Of a DNA stretch of 64,000 nucleotides, positions 41,102 through 50,758 are shown piece by piece. The position numbers were made by a program, and so were the translations under genes. The stretch comes from Thermoplasmatota archaeon (GTDB lineage Archaea; Thermoplasmatota; Penumbrarchaeia; Penumbrarchaeales; Penumbrarchaeaceae): the NCBI GenBank assembly GCA_029762535.1, contig JARVGK010000005.1, positions 47,685-111,684 on the forward strand, written 5' to 3'. How positions within the stretch are numbered: position 1 is the first letter of the stretch; each line of letters opens with the position of its first letter. The notes under the pieces were generated by a model that ran no database searches, was not told the origin of the DNA, and saw only the letters and a list, made by a program, of their open reading frames with translations.

Positions 41102-42061
41102 TCATTCGATCCATCGATGTATCTCATGAACCGATGAACAGTTGGAACATCTGATCATTTTTATTATCCTCGTTGAGCAATGTAGACATCTATCACGACC
41201 AATGGGGGTAAGTTCAGCGCAGTTGGGACATCTTACGAAAAGGTCCTTCGATTTTCTACACGAGTAGAAGAACCTAGGAGTGTCACAAGTCGGACATTTT
41301 TTTATCTCTCTATCGAGATCCATCCCGCAAAGTGGGCATGGCTTGATATCCCGAACCTCACGAATACTGTCATCTATTTTGAGCTTCCTACCGGTCGCCG
41401 TCATGATGAAGGATTTCAGGCTTTTCATCATGGATTCGGAATGTTCCAGGTCATCGTATGTGGTTTTGAAGCGTTCTTCCGGAAAGGTTATAACAAATAT
41501 CAAAGTTATTAGCATTATGGATCCTGCAATAAAATACAGGAACATGTTCAATAGCGGAGTTCCTGCTGTTTTATCTGACCATCTGATCCATCCAATTATG
41601 GAGAAGAGTGATGACCAGAAGAAAATCAATGAAAATATGAACCACAGGCCGATTGGCACATAATCCGACCATCGAGCATATTGGTCCCTTCTCTCTTTGA
41701 CGAAAAGTACCAGATAAAGAAGAAGGATGAAAGCTCCGATCAATATCATATACCCTAGAATGGAGAGGAACCATGACCCAGATATTTCTGCGTACTTGAA
41801 CTTGACCATCGAGCCTATGAATGTTAATAGGTATACTATTATCATCCATATTCCTAAAAAGAAGAAACGAGGGGTCAGTTTGTAAAGCATGGATAATCCT
41901 ATAATACCGAATAGGAACCATCCAACGGAATAAACTGGACCATCTCCCAAACTAAGAACGAGCGAGATCATTAAATATATCGTTGCTCCAAACTTCAGCT
42001 GAAGTCTTCGGTTCTTTTTAAGAATGGATAGTATATCCGTTGGCCGATAAGCCAAATCCAT
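41102..42061 (-). CDS. polytopic membrane protein with a C-terminal cytoplasmic multi-zinc-ribbon tail
   Basis: About 6 predicted TM helices followed by CPLCG..CPTCD..CPNCA..CLHCS..CSNCS. Confidence 0.55.
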   Translation of the reverse strand: MDLAYRPTDILSILKKNRRLQLKFGATIYLMISLVLSLGDGPVYSVGWFLFGIIGLSMLYKLTPRFFFLGIWMIIVYLLTFIGSMVKFKYAEISGSWFLSILGYMILIGAFILLLYLVLFVKERRDQYARWSDYVPIGLWFIFSLIFFWSSLFSIIGWIRWSDKTAGTPLLNMFLYFIAGSIMLITLIFVITFPEERFKTTYDDLEHSESMMKSLKSFIMTATGRKLKIDDSIREVRDIKPCPLCGMDLDREIKKCPTCDTPRFFYSCRKSKDLFVRCPNCAELTPIGRDRCLHCSTRIIKMIRCSNCSSVHEIHRWIE

Positions 42062-42332
42062 GGATGGGTTAGCAATGGTCGTTCTAAAATATATTTCGGT
42101 TATGTTTTTTTTTCACATGTAAAAGAAGAGGGGGCAGGGATGGGGGGATTTTTGGAAGAGATAGAGGTGCTTTTTTCTTTCGGGAAAAATCACGTTTCCC
42201 TGCCCAGAACGAGAAAAGGAGTTATCTATTGTTTATATATACTTTATGCAGTCCTTATCATACAATAATAATCATTTGTTATCCTGGGAATGAAATGGAA
42301 GAACATTTATAATCATCTGGCTATACACCTTT

Positions 42333-42761
42333 GTGGATATCGAGGGGTTCTTCTGCACTTGCGATCACGAAGTCATCCATAAGGACTATAAATTATGGGT
42401 AAAGCCACCCAGGTCAGAAAAAAAACACACACCTCAGCAACCAAGGCTATACTGTAAGAAATGCGGACGCCTGAAATATACCGGTTCTGCTTTTGCGAGG
42501 GAGATGGGTTACTATGTCAATCTTTTAAATGAAATTAGGAAGAAGATGGACCTTCTCTATCGAAGGAAGATCATCAAAAGGAGGATGACAAAATCACAGA
42601 CACAAACAATAATTAGGGACCTGATGAACGATGACGACTTCAGAGATAATTTCTCAAATCAAAGCTTTTCGCAGTTTGATCTATTTAAATACACCGTAAA
42701 AAAATATACAAATATTGATGATTATATAATAGATTCAATAAAAGAGAAACACTCCCGATAA
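42333..42761 (+). CDS. small hypothetical protein with a putative zinc ribbon (CTCDH...CKKCGR)
   Basis: ORF with two Cys pairs; no other recognisable feature. Confidence 0.35.
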   Translation: MDIEGFFCTCDHEVIHKDYKLWVKPPRSEKKHTPQQPRLYCKKCGRLKYTGSAFAREMGYYVNLLNEIRKKMDLLYRRKIIKRRMTKSQTQTIIRDLMNDDDFRDNFSNQSFSQFDLFKYTVKKYTNIDDYIIDSIKEKHSR

Positions 42762-42841
42762 TTATGATATCATAATCTAATCACCTATCCGTCAATTTAT
42801 TAAACCCCTTGAGCCTATAGCGAGTTAACGGAGGCTATCCA

Positions 42842-43342
42842 TTGACCGACAACGATATCCAAAAAAAACTGGAGAAGGCATCCATCCTACTGGCAAGCGG
42901 AGAATTCAACAAAGCGTACAATCTTTATAAGAAGATCGTAAAGGAAAATGATAGTTCATCAGAAGCATACTTTGGTTTAGCTGAATCATCTTTAGCCATC
43001 CCTAAACTTACAGTTCAGGAGATTGCCTCCAGTTATCAAAAGGCCTGTGATCTGGACCCAGATAATCCATTATACTTGGCAACATACGGAAATTTCTGTT
43101 TCGAGAACGGGATATTAAAAAAGGCCGAAGATTGTTTTCAAAAGGCCTCAATGGTCGATGAGGAGAACGCTTCGATCTATTTATCCGATCTGGCCACTGG
43201 ATACTTTCATTCAGCTAAAAATTATCAGGATCACTATCCAGGTATGACCTACGATGATATTTTGATAACATCGATGAAATATATCTTAATGGCCTTCGAT
43301 TTATCCTCAGAGAAGGCAAAAGAAATAATAGACAATTTATAA
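42842..43342 (+). CDS. TPR-like helical repeat protein
   Basis: AYNLYKKIV...AYFGLAESS...YQKACDLDPDNPLYLATYGNFCFENG pattern. Confidence 0.45.
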   Translation: MTDNDIQKKLEKASILLASGEFNKAYNLYKKIVKENDSSSEAYFGLAESSLAIPKLTVQEIASSYQKACDLDPDNPLYLATYGNFCFENGILKKAEDCFQKASMVDEENASIYLSDLATGYFHSAKNYQDHYPGMTYDDILITSMKYILMAFDLSSEKAKEIIDNL

Positions 43343-43390
43343 GATACTATTATTCTTTAGGGAAATAATATATCTTGGACAATACACTGG

Positions 43391-44128
43391 GTGGTATCTA
43401 TGGGATATGATGACGATCACGACATCTCCCTTTCGCTAAACAGCATGGGCTTTACCAATCCCAGATACACAAAAAACAGGGCTGTGGGGATAAAATTCTC
43501 CAAACAGGAAGTAAAGGAGCTTGGGATAGCCATTGCCGTGCTAACTGTGGCCTTTGCCTTTGCCGTTCCAAACCGAGGCATACTTATGACTGGCCTCGAA
43601 GGATTGAACGAGGTTGCTCTGAAATCATTCCTATTCTATCTTCCGATATCTCTGGTAGCGGTATCGACCGCTTTTGCCCTCCATGAGATGTCTCACAAGT
43701 TCGTTGCAAACATTTACGGGTATCCCGCAGCTTTCTCATATTCAAGAAGGGGGCTGATATTCGCAGTACTCCTAGCCATCTTTTTGGGATTCCTCATAGC
43801 GGCTCCGGGGGCCGTATTCATATACGGATATCCCTCAAGAAAGCAGAACGGAATAATATCTCTAGCGGGCCCTCTCACGAATACTGTAGTTGGAATAATA
43901 GCGTTCACCGCGGCAGTTGTTGCTGGAATTCTAGGGCTTGGAATTGTATTTTCAGGACTTGCCTTCGTATCCTTCATCAACTTCTTCCTGGGAGCGTTCA
44001 ACCTGATCCCGGTCATGCCCCTGGATGGGGCCAAAGTATGGAAATGGAGCAAGGTCGTCTACATTATCATGGCTTTGATCCTATTCCCCACCGTTCTTCT
44101 TTGGATGTGGGGGATTCAATTTTTCTAA
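43391..44128 (+). CDS. site-2 protease family (M50) intramembrane metalloprotease, small type
   Basis: HExxH in TM helix (ALHEMSHKFVA) and NLIPVMPLDGAKV (LDG motif); polytopic. Confidence 0.7.
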   Translation: MVSMGYDDDHDISLSLNSMGFTNPRYTKNRAVGIKFSKQEVKELGIAIAVLTVAFAFAVPNRGILMTGLEGLNEVALKSFLFYLPISLVAVSTAFALHEMSHKFVANIYGYPAAFSYSRRGLIFAVLLAIFLGFLIAAPGAVFIYGYPSRKQNGIISLAGPLTNTVVGIIAFTAAVVAGILGLGIVFSGLAFVSFINFFLGAFNLIPVMPLDGAKVWKWSKVVYIIMALILFPTVLLWMWGIQFF

Positions 44129-44144
44129 AAAGGAGGCGAAGTGG

Positions 44145-45344
44145 ATGGATGTTAATGAACTGAGAAGGGATTTTCCCCTATTGGATGTTGGAAAGGAAAA
44201 CCCCATATATTTCGACAATGCCTGCATGACCCTTCGTCCACGTCAGGTCATTTCGAAGATCGTGGAATACTACAGCGAATATCCTGGATGCGGGGGCAGA
44301 TCCGTTCATAGGATATCCAACAGGGTAACCGAGGAATTCGAAGGATCAAGAGATATCATCTCCTGTTTTCTTAACGCCCCGGATCGTGATTCTGTTCTAT
44401 TTACGAAGAATACAACAGAGGCGATAAATCTCGTATCGATGTCCTTCCCGTTCAAAAAGGGGGATCTGGTTATCGGTACTGACCATGAGCATAATTCCAA
44501 CCTCGTCCCATGGCTCAGACTTAAGGCGAGGGGTTTGATCGAATATCAGCCAGTCCCATCGTGTCCGGAATACGAGTTCGATATCGAGGCGTTCAAAGAG
44601 CTTGTGAAAGGAGCAGCCCTGGTGACCATGGTACATGTTTCAAACCTGGACGGAAGAAGGATTCCCGAAAAGGAGATCGTCGATATCGCCCATGACAGAG
44701 GAGTACCGGTCCTGCTCGACGCCGCACAAAGCGTACCACATATGAAGATTGATATGAAGGGTATTGGTGTTGATATGCTGACATTTTCAGGGCATAAGAT
44801 AATGGGACCAACTGGAACCGGTGTCCTCGCTTGCGATCCTGAGATCCTTAAAGGGTTCGACACATTTCTTGTTGGAGGGGATACCGTAAAGGAGACCACC
44901 TACGATAAGGCTGATTTTCTGCCTCCTCCAAAACGTTTCGAGGCAGGACTACAGCATTATGCCGGGTTTATCGGGTTGGGTGAAGCCATAAGATATCTGG
45001 ATCGTATAGGTCCAGAAGAGGTACATCGGCACGAGGTCGATCTCAATCTGTATGCGACCGATCTACTCAAAGATAAAATCAGGGTTATGGGTCCAAAGGA
45101 ACCAACACGTAGATCTGGGATATTCCCTTTCATCGTGGATGGAATGAACTCTCACGACATAGCGATGATGCTTGACGAACTCGGAAACATAGCCATAAGA
45201 TCCGGACACCATTGTGTGCACTCATGGTTCAATTCAAAGCATCAGGAATCGACAGCAAGGGCGTCTTTCTATATATACAATACCAAGGATGAGATCAAGT
45301 TCTTTGCGGATACTTTAGAGAGCATTGTGTCTGATTTCACATAA
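44145..45344 (+). CDS. cysteine desulfurase / class-V aminotransferase (SufS/CsdA-like)
   Basis: PLP-lysine region FSGHKIMGPTGTGVL; about 400 aa. Confidence 0.8.
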   Translation: MDVNELRRDFPLLDVGKENPIYFDNACMTLRPRQVISKIVEYYSEYPGCGGRSVHRISNRVTEEFEGSRDIISCFLNAPDRDSVLFTKNTTEAINLVSMSFPFKKGDLVIGTDHEHNSNLVPWLRLKARGLIEYQPVPSCPEYEFDIEAFKELVKGAALVTMVHVSNLDGRRIPEKEIVDIAHDRGVPVLLDAAQSVPHMKIDMKGIGVDMLTFSGHKIMGPTGTGVLACDPEILKGFDTFLVGGDTVKETTYDKADFLPPPKRFEAGLQHYAGFIGLGEAIRYLDRIGPEEVHRHEVDLNLYATDLLKDKIRVMGPKEPTRRSGIFPFIVDGMNSHDIAMMLDELGNIAIRSGHHCVHSWFNSKHQESTARASFYIYNTKDEIKFFADTLESIVSDFT

Positions 45345-45629
45345 GCCATCTTTCTTTTAGAGAATCAAAGATCCTGGGAACTCGGACGATACATGAGTTA
45401 TCAGGATCCTTTTTCAGTCATTTGCACCGGCGACATCCAATGATAAGTAATGATCGATCATTATTAGCATTAATCAGAACCATAGCTTTCAGATCCCCAG
45501 ATCCGAACATCAAAAGCATTATCAGCTATACCGGTCGGGACCTTTGGATCGAAGAGCGATTCAGATTATGATCTGGTCCAAAGATGTGGAAAATCGTCCA
45601 AATAACAACACAATTTCAGATTTTTCAAC

Positions 45630-45644
45630 AGACCGGTCCACGAC
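45630..45644. repeat. 15-bp direct repeat 'agaccggtccacgac', left copy flanking the IS
   Basis: Identical 15-mer recurs at about 46634-46648 immediately outside the IS terminal inverted repeats; contains GACCGGTCCAC, identical to the 3' end of tRNA-Ala. Confidence 0.6.
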
Positions 45645-46633
45645 TGTAGAGTACGAATATTTTTTCGCAAGCCACTGTGACTCATCATGACATCCCCCAA
45701 AGTAGACCCAGAATGCTCCCTGGCTGGTTCTTTCTCCAGACAGCATCATCCGGACACTCACCGATTTCCAACCACAAAGCCCCATGCAACCTTCTATTAT
45801 ACCAGACTATGAATTCATCCAAGGATCCAAATGTCCATCGATGCTTATCGTATTCCAGCCAGAACCGTTCCAACTTGCCATTCGTCTGAGGATTGTTTCT
45901 CCTTGAAGGAATATATCGGATTCCCTTCTCGATCAACATAATCTGGAACTTCGAAAGACCGCCATGCACGTTGTAAAACTGGGTACCTCGATCGGTATTC
46001 ACTTCACGGATGATCGCATTGTAAACCCTGGATCTATCCTCGGCTTGTTTGAACGTCCCAATGGAATGTTCCATAGTCGCCTCATTGAACTCCGCTCCAG
46101 CAAGGACGAACCTCGATGCGTCATCTAGCCAGATTATCACATGAGGATGCTCTTCGGAAGTGCGATGCCAGTCACCATGAATAAGACTGAACGAATGCTC
46201 TCTCTCATATCTGCATCTCCTCCTCTTTTTCTGTTTCTTGGGGTTCGGCATGGTATTGCCACTCTTGACCATGTAAGCGTGTATCTTGTGAAGCGGTATC
46301 TTGTTACCTTGGCTCTTCAGCTCATGAAATATCATCCTTGATCCAAATCGCTTCTCCTTCCAGGTATTGTCAATGAGCTCCTTTTCTTTTTGTGTAAGAG
46401 GGCTGGCCTTGGGCCTTCTGTTCTTCTTCAGCTTAGGGATCGTCCTTGTCTGGGTATATGAACGTACCACTTGCTCTACTCTCCTGACGGAAATGCCATA
46501 GATCTGTGCCACCTTGTTTTTGTCCCAGTCCTTGAGATCCACGATATGGCGGCACATCCATCGGATCTTCTTATCCGATAGTTTGGTCATTTCCCCGGAG
46601 TGTTCTTCATCGCGAAATAATTTCTGTACTCTA
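45645..46633 (-). mobile_element. IS481-family-like insertion sequence (about 1 kb) with perfect 10-bp terminal inverted repeats TGTAGAGTAC / GTACTCTACA
   Basis: Terminal IRs start TGT and end ACA as in IS481-type elements; single rve-type DDE transposase ORF; flanked by a 15-bp direct repeat. Confidence 0.6.
45685..46590 (-). CDS. DDE transposase with retroviral-integrase (rve) catalytic core and N-terminal HTH
   Basis: D..D..E triad in HGDWH / VNTDRGTQFYN / NPQTNGKLERFW. The real start is probably MTKLSDKK; the ORF-track N-terminal 65 aa read through the IS end and the tRNA-like DNA. Confidence 0.75.
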   Translation of the reverse strand: MTKLSDKKIRWMCRHIVDLKDWDKNKVAQIYGISVRRVEQVVRSYTQTRTIPKLKKNRRPKASPLTQKEKELIDNTWKEKRFGSRMIFHELKSQGNKIPLHKIHAYMVKSGNTMPNPKKQKKRRRCRYEREHSFSLIHGDWHRTSEEHPHVIIWLDDASRFVLAGAEFNEATMEHSIGTFKQAEDRSRVYNAIIREVNTDRGTQFYNVHGGLSKFQIMLIEKGIRYIPSRRNNPQTNGKLERFWLEYDKHRWTFGSLDEFIVWYNRRLHGALWLEIGECPDDAVWRKNQPGSILGLLWGMS

Positions 46634-46648
46634 CAAGACCGGTCCACG
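46634..46648. repeat. 15-bp direct repeat 'agaccggtccacgac', right copy flanking the IS
   Basis: See the left copy at 45630-45644. Confidence 0.6.
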
Positions 46649-46671
46649 ACAAAAAATAATGAATAATTAAA

Positions 46672-46785
46672 GTGGACCGGTCGGGATTTGATGCATGAAA
46701 AATCCCTTTGGGATTTTCCGCATCCTTTGAACTCGACATTGTCGAGTTCTTCAGGAACCCAAGGGTTCAAATCCCTCCGGTCCAC
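46672..46785 (+). pseudogene. tRNA-like pseudo-structure (about 109 nt) sharing its acceptor stem with tRNA-Ala; includes a 20-nt duplicate of the tRNA-Ala 3' end and a plus-strand T-arm/acceptor copy
   Basis: GGACCGG...CCGGTCC-A acceptor pairing, D-stem GGGA/TCCC, anticodon-like arm GGGAT-TTTCCGC-ATCCT, a 9-bp hairpin GAACTCGAC-ATT-GTCGAGTTC, and T-arm AGGG-TTCAAAT-CCCT. Loop lengths are non-canonical. Confidence 0.3.
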
Positions 46786-46830
46786 GATACTATTTTAACT
46801 TCTTTTCGCTTACATTCAATAGTATAAGAG

Positions 46831-46904
46831 TGGACCGGTCGGGATTTGAACCCGAGGCCTCTCGCATGCCAAGCGAGCGATCTACCGGTCTGATCTACCG
46901 GCCC
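46831..46904 (-). tRNA. tRNA-Ala (anticodon GGC) with the G3:U70 identity pair
   Basis: Reverse strand: GGGCCGG-TA-GATC-AGACCGGTA-GATC-G-CTCGC-TTGGCAT-GCGAG-AGGCC-TCGGG-TTCAAAT-CCCGA-CCGGTCC-A; 74 nt; coordinates approximate to within 2 nt. Confidence 0.85.
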
Positions 46905-47036
46905 ACGATCTTGCCACTGGAGGTAGATATGCTCCAGATATCACGGTGAAGTTGCAGGGCGTATAAATCATTTTTGAGGGAATACGCCTTTATAGAGTTA
47001 TTTCAAGATACCTAACAAAACGATTATAACACCGTT

Positions 47037-47810
47037 ATGGATTGTATCCACATGGCTCCGAAGGATATAGACGATCTTGTTTTACCTAAGATCAAAGGCA
47101 AGAAGGAAAAAAAAGGAACCGAATTGTCCGATAAGGACATGGTAATGGTCGAGGAGCTTATAAAGGTGTATAAATCTGGAAAACTCGAAGTAACAGCCTT
47201 GAGGGGCGTATCGACCTCGATAAAAAGAGGAGAGATCGTTGCAATAATTGGACCATCCGGATGCGGAAAAACAACACTGTTGAATATCATAGGAGGACTT
47301 GACGATGCGACCGCTGGAAAGGTCTTCGTTGATGGAAAGAACATCCGCAACATGAAAGAGGAGAAGCTCGTTCAGTTCAGGAGGAAGACGGTAGGCTTCA
47401 TTTTTCAGAACTTCAACCTGATCCCATCCTTAACAGCAAGGCAGAACATAGAGCTTCCCATGAGGTTGAACAAGCTTCCAATGGATACGAGAAAGGAGAG
47501 GATCACCAAGCTCTTCAAGTCGATCGGATTGGAGGATCGGATGGATCATAGACCTGAGCAACTATCAGGAGGAGAGCAGCAGAGGATCGCCTTCGCGGTC
47601 GCATTGGCCAATGATCCACCATTGATACTCGCTGATGAACCAACAGGCGAACTAGACACTCATACAGGGCAGGAGATCATGGAAATATTCAAAGCCCTCT
47701 CGCGTCAGCTAGGTAAGACAGAGATCATCGTAACACACGATCCCAGGATCGCCGATTTTGCCGATAGAACTCTTAAGATCATCGACGGTAAGATCGTCGG
47801 AGATGAATGA
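47037..47810 (+). CDS. ABC transporter ATP-binding protein (MacB/LolD-type)
   Basis: Walker A GPSGCGKTTLLN, Q-loop, signature LSGGEQQRIAFAVAL, Walker B ILADEPTGELD. The N-terminal 34 aa are K-rich; the start may instead be MVMVEEL at about 47139. Confidence 0.85.
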   Translation: MDCIHMAPKDIDDLVLPKIKGKKEKKGTELSDKDMVMVEELIKVYKSGKLEVTALRGVSTSIKRGEIVAIIGPSGCGKTTLLNIIGGLDDATAGKVFVDGKNIRNMKEEKLVQFRRKTVGFIFQNFNLIPSLTARQNIELPMRLNKLPMDTRKERITKLFKSIGLEDRMDHRPEQLSGGEQQRIAFAVALANDPPLILADEPTGELDTHTGQEIMEIFKALSRQLGKTEIIVTHDPRIADFADRTLKIIDGKIVGDE

Positions 47811-50748
47811 GATGTCGTTCTTAAGCTATCTCGGGATCGCACTGAAGGATTCCTTCTACTATCGTTCCAGATTGATCGGATCGATACTTGGAGCTCTCAT
47901 AGCGGTAAGTTTCATTTCAGGTGCGGTGATATCGGTAGATGACATCTCTGGTAGATTCTTCGAGGACACTTTGAAAGATATGGAATATCATCTCATCTTC
48001 GGAACCGGTTACGTCTCATCCGCGAATATCAACGTTGACACGGCAGCTCAGAGGATCAAAGGGGTGGATGGAGTGAGAAAGGTTCTCGGTGTAGTGAACG
48101 TGGATAATTACCTTTACAACGAGAACGGGAGCGCTACGATCGAAGGTATCACGTCCGAGACCGCGGAACACTATTTCGGGACAAAGACCACCCTACCTTT
48201 GGATGGCAAGGATGTTATAATACCGAACGATCTCGCACGCAGGCTCGGCGTCTCAAAGGGCGATGAGTTCATAATGAGCGTTTCCTCCAGTTATATTAAT
48301 TATGACTTTGACATTGATTATGAAAAGGAAAGATTTAGAGATATATCGTCCGATCCAGCTTATCCCGGATACGATAAGGGATCCTTCAACTACACTTTCA
48401 AGGTGTTCGATATCATCGACAGGGTGGGAAAAGATAGCGATGAAGGTTATTACGATTCGACCTATTACTACGAGAGTAAGCTGGTGATGGGTGTCGGGGG
48501 CCTGAGAGAGTTCATCAAGAATTTGAAAGCTATTGATCCTTACGGCTATGTGAACGCAGAGCAGACCATAATGATCAGGATATCATCATCGTATTTCAAG
48601 AACCTCGAGGATGAGAGCGGGACCAATGCGCAGGTTTCCGAACTAGTTAGGGATATAAATCAGGAGCTGCAGCCGTTGGGTTACACTCTTTGGTCCAATT
48701 ATGTTAAGGACCTTTATTCGATGTACAAGACGTTCTCCTATCTGATGAAGGTATTCTTCATCGTCCTTTCAGTTCCCTTACTTCTCATATCCTTCTACCT
48801 TCTATCAGCAGGTTCCAAGGTGGGTATGGAGGAGAGGATCCGCGAGATAGGCCTCATGAAGATAAAAGGAGCATCGAAAGGACAGGTAATAACGATACTT
48901 CTTATTGAGAGTCTTATATATGGAATGTTCGGAGGCTTATTAGGATTGGTCGTTGGGTCAATAATGTCGTTATTCTTCACGGCTAGGGTATTCGGATTCC
49001 GGCCCTTGGATATCTTATCCAGGGGAAGCGTTCCGATACCTGGTATTGGGCTAATGGTACTAGCCTTTATGGTTGTGCCTGCGATAATTTTGATAATGAG
49101 GCTTTCCTCGATCTTCAAGATGTCAAATGTGCCTCTTCTTGAGGCTCTAGGCAGGGCGACGATTCTCGAGAAACAGAAGAGGTACAGGATAACCACGGAT
49201 CTGATGATCCTTACTTTCACGTCACTCATCATATTGCTCATGGTATACTTTAATTATAATCCGCCGAACAACTTCTATCTCGGAATGATAGCCTTCATCC
49301 TGATGTTCCTATCCCCCCTGGCTGTCCTTTTCCTACCCTTTCTTCTTATTTTGTCGATAAGTAGACTGACAATAATTGGATTCGATTTCACCTTGAACAT
49401 ATTGTCGAACATTGGAAGGCTCATCATCGATGATCTGTTCCCGTTGGTGAAAGCGAATATGGTTTTTCAGAGAAAAAGGATCGCAACGCTTACAATTCTT
49501 GTCACGACCGTGATAGCCTTCGGTATTCTCATATCATCTCTCGATGCTTCCCGCACATCAAAGGTTGAGGCCGATGTCACAGCAACCATACCATCGGATC
49601 TTTTAGTATGTGAGTCCATCAAGTTCAAAGACCATACCAACAACATTTCCGATCTTCCTTCATTGAAATGGATGGTCATAGTGGACATCCACAACGACAT
49701 AACGATACAATCCCAATACGATTACTATTATTACTCTCCAAGGATAATCTCCTTCAATTCCACGGAATACCAAAAGAGGATAGATGTCCCCGATTCCGCT
49801 GTAATGGATGGAAAGGGTCCGGAAGGTATGGTCTCATCAGGGGAAGTACCGGTCCTGATAAATTCAGCTATGAGAAGCAACAGCGATATCAACATCGGAT
49901 ACACGTTCTGGATGACGTCGCAGACATACTATGAAGGAATTCCATTTAACCAGGAGACCATTGAACCTTTCAAGGTCAAGGTAGTGGGCATTGTGTCATA
50001 TTTACCTGGGACGCGAAGCACGATAGATTATGGTTCTATAGAGTATACCGATCACGGCCGTCCATATGTCAACATCGAGGACAAATACGAGGAACCGGCA
50101 ATATACCTAGATTCCAGATACCTCCCATCAAATATGATCCCCAATCACAGGACATATCTCATCGATACCAAGGGTAAAGAGGAAAAGGCGATCAATGATA
50201 TCGATTCGATCGCCTGGAACGATACAAAATATTTCGTTCTATCAAAGGAGAAGGAGATCCATACGATCAAGGACAACCTCATTTTCTCGAGCATACAGAT
50301 GCTTCTGGATATGGAATACCTGTTCGTGATAACGGCCGTTACCGGCGGGGTCATGCTGTTCATGATAGTATCGACCTCATCCAGAAGACGTGAGTTCGCT
50401 GAGATACTCGCCAGAGGTAGCACCAGAACCCAGGTGCTCAGGCTTGTAATAACAGAAGGGGTGATAATTCTGGCGGCCTCCCTGCTCATCGGGACGTTCA
50501 TAGGTATGATCGTATCCATCGCTTTTCAGCACCTGTTCACATTCGATCTCTTCAGCATGTTGGAGATGATATTGATGCCGAGCTCCAGGGACGAGATGGT
50601 AGATACTGGAGGTGGGATAGTGTTCCCTCCCTCTATGCTTTTGCTTCACCTGCTCGCGATAATATCCGTTATAGGTGCTTCTGGGTTAACGAGCTGGATC
50701 GCATCAAGGGTGGATGTCGCATCCTCTCTGAGGCTCAGGACGAGTTGA
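47803..50748 (+). CDS. ABC exporter permease with duplicated FtsX domains and large extracytoplasmic loops (MacB/YtrF-like)
   Basis: Two FtsX-type TM bundles (MKIKGASKGQVITILLIESLIYGMFGG...; REFAEILARGSTRTQVLRLVITEGVIILAAS...) separated by about 400 aa of extracytoplasmic sequence; 4-nt overlap with the upstream ATPase gene. Confidence 0.8.
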   Translation: MNEMSFLSYLGIALKDSFYYRSRLIGSILGALIAVSFISGAVISVDDISGRFFEDTLKDMEYHLIFGTGYVSSANINVDTAAQRIKGVDGVRKVLGVVNVDNYLYNENGSATIEGITSETAEHYFGTKTTLPLDGKDVIIPNDLARRLGVSKGDEFIMSVSSSYINYDFDIDYEKERFRDISSDPAYPGYDKGSFNYTFKVFDIIDRVGKDSDEGYYDSTYYYESKLVMGVGGLREFIKNLKAIDPYGYVNAEQTIMIRISSSYFKNLEDESGTNAQVSELVRDINQELQPLGYTLWSNYVKDLYSMYKTFSYLMKVFFIVLSVPLLLISFYLLSAGSKVGMEERIREIGLMKIKGASKGQVITILLIESLIYGMFGGLLGLVVGSIMSLFFTARVFGFRPLDILSRGSVPIPGIGLMVLAFMVVPAIILIMRLSSIFKMSNVPLLEALGRATILEKQKRYRITTDLMILTFTSLIILLMVYFNYNPPNNFYLGMIAFILMFLSPLAVLFLPFLLILSISRLTIIGFDFTLNILSNIGRLIIDDLFPLVKANMVFQRKRIATLTILVTTVIAFGILISSLDASRTSKVEADVTATIPSDLLVCESIKFKDHTNNISDLPSLKWMVIVDIHNDITIQSQYDYYYYSPRIISFNSTEYQKRIDVPDSAVMDGKGPEGMVSSGEVPVLINSAMRSNSDINIGYTFWMTSQTYYEGIPFNQETIEPFKVKVVGIVSYLPGTRSTIDYGSIEYTDHGRPYVNIEDKYEEPAIYLDSRYLPSNMIPNHRTYLIDTKGKEEKAINDIDSIAWNDTKYFVLSKEKEIHTIKDNLIFSSIQMLLDMEYLFVITAVTGGVMLFMIVSTSSRRREFAEILARGSTRTQVLRLVITEGVIILAASLLIGTFIGMIVSIAFQHLFTFDLFSMLEMILMPSSRDEMVDTGGGIVFPPSMLLLHLLAIISVIGASGLTSWIASRVDVASSLRLRTS

Positions 50749-50758
50749 TCCGATCGTA

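Noticed and set aside
46591-46785. N-terminal 65 aa of the ORF-track transposase (MDRRDLNPWVPEELDNVEFKG...)
   Set aside because: This stretch is translated through the IS terminal inverted repeat, the 15-bp direct repeat and the tRNA-like DNA, and starts at a GTG. The real start is almost certainly the internal MTKLSDKK inside the IS boundaries
46672-46785. calling the tRNA-like segment a functional intron-containing tRNA-Gly(UCC)
   Set aside because: D-loop (16 nt), the 3-nt junction before the anticodon stem, the 35-nt variable region and the 4-bp T-stem are all non-canonical, and no bulge-helix-bulge motif was evident. It is reported as a pseudo-tRNA/att remnant instead
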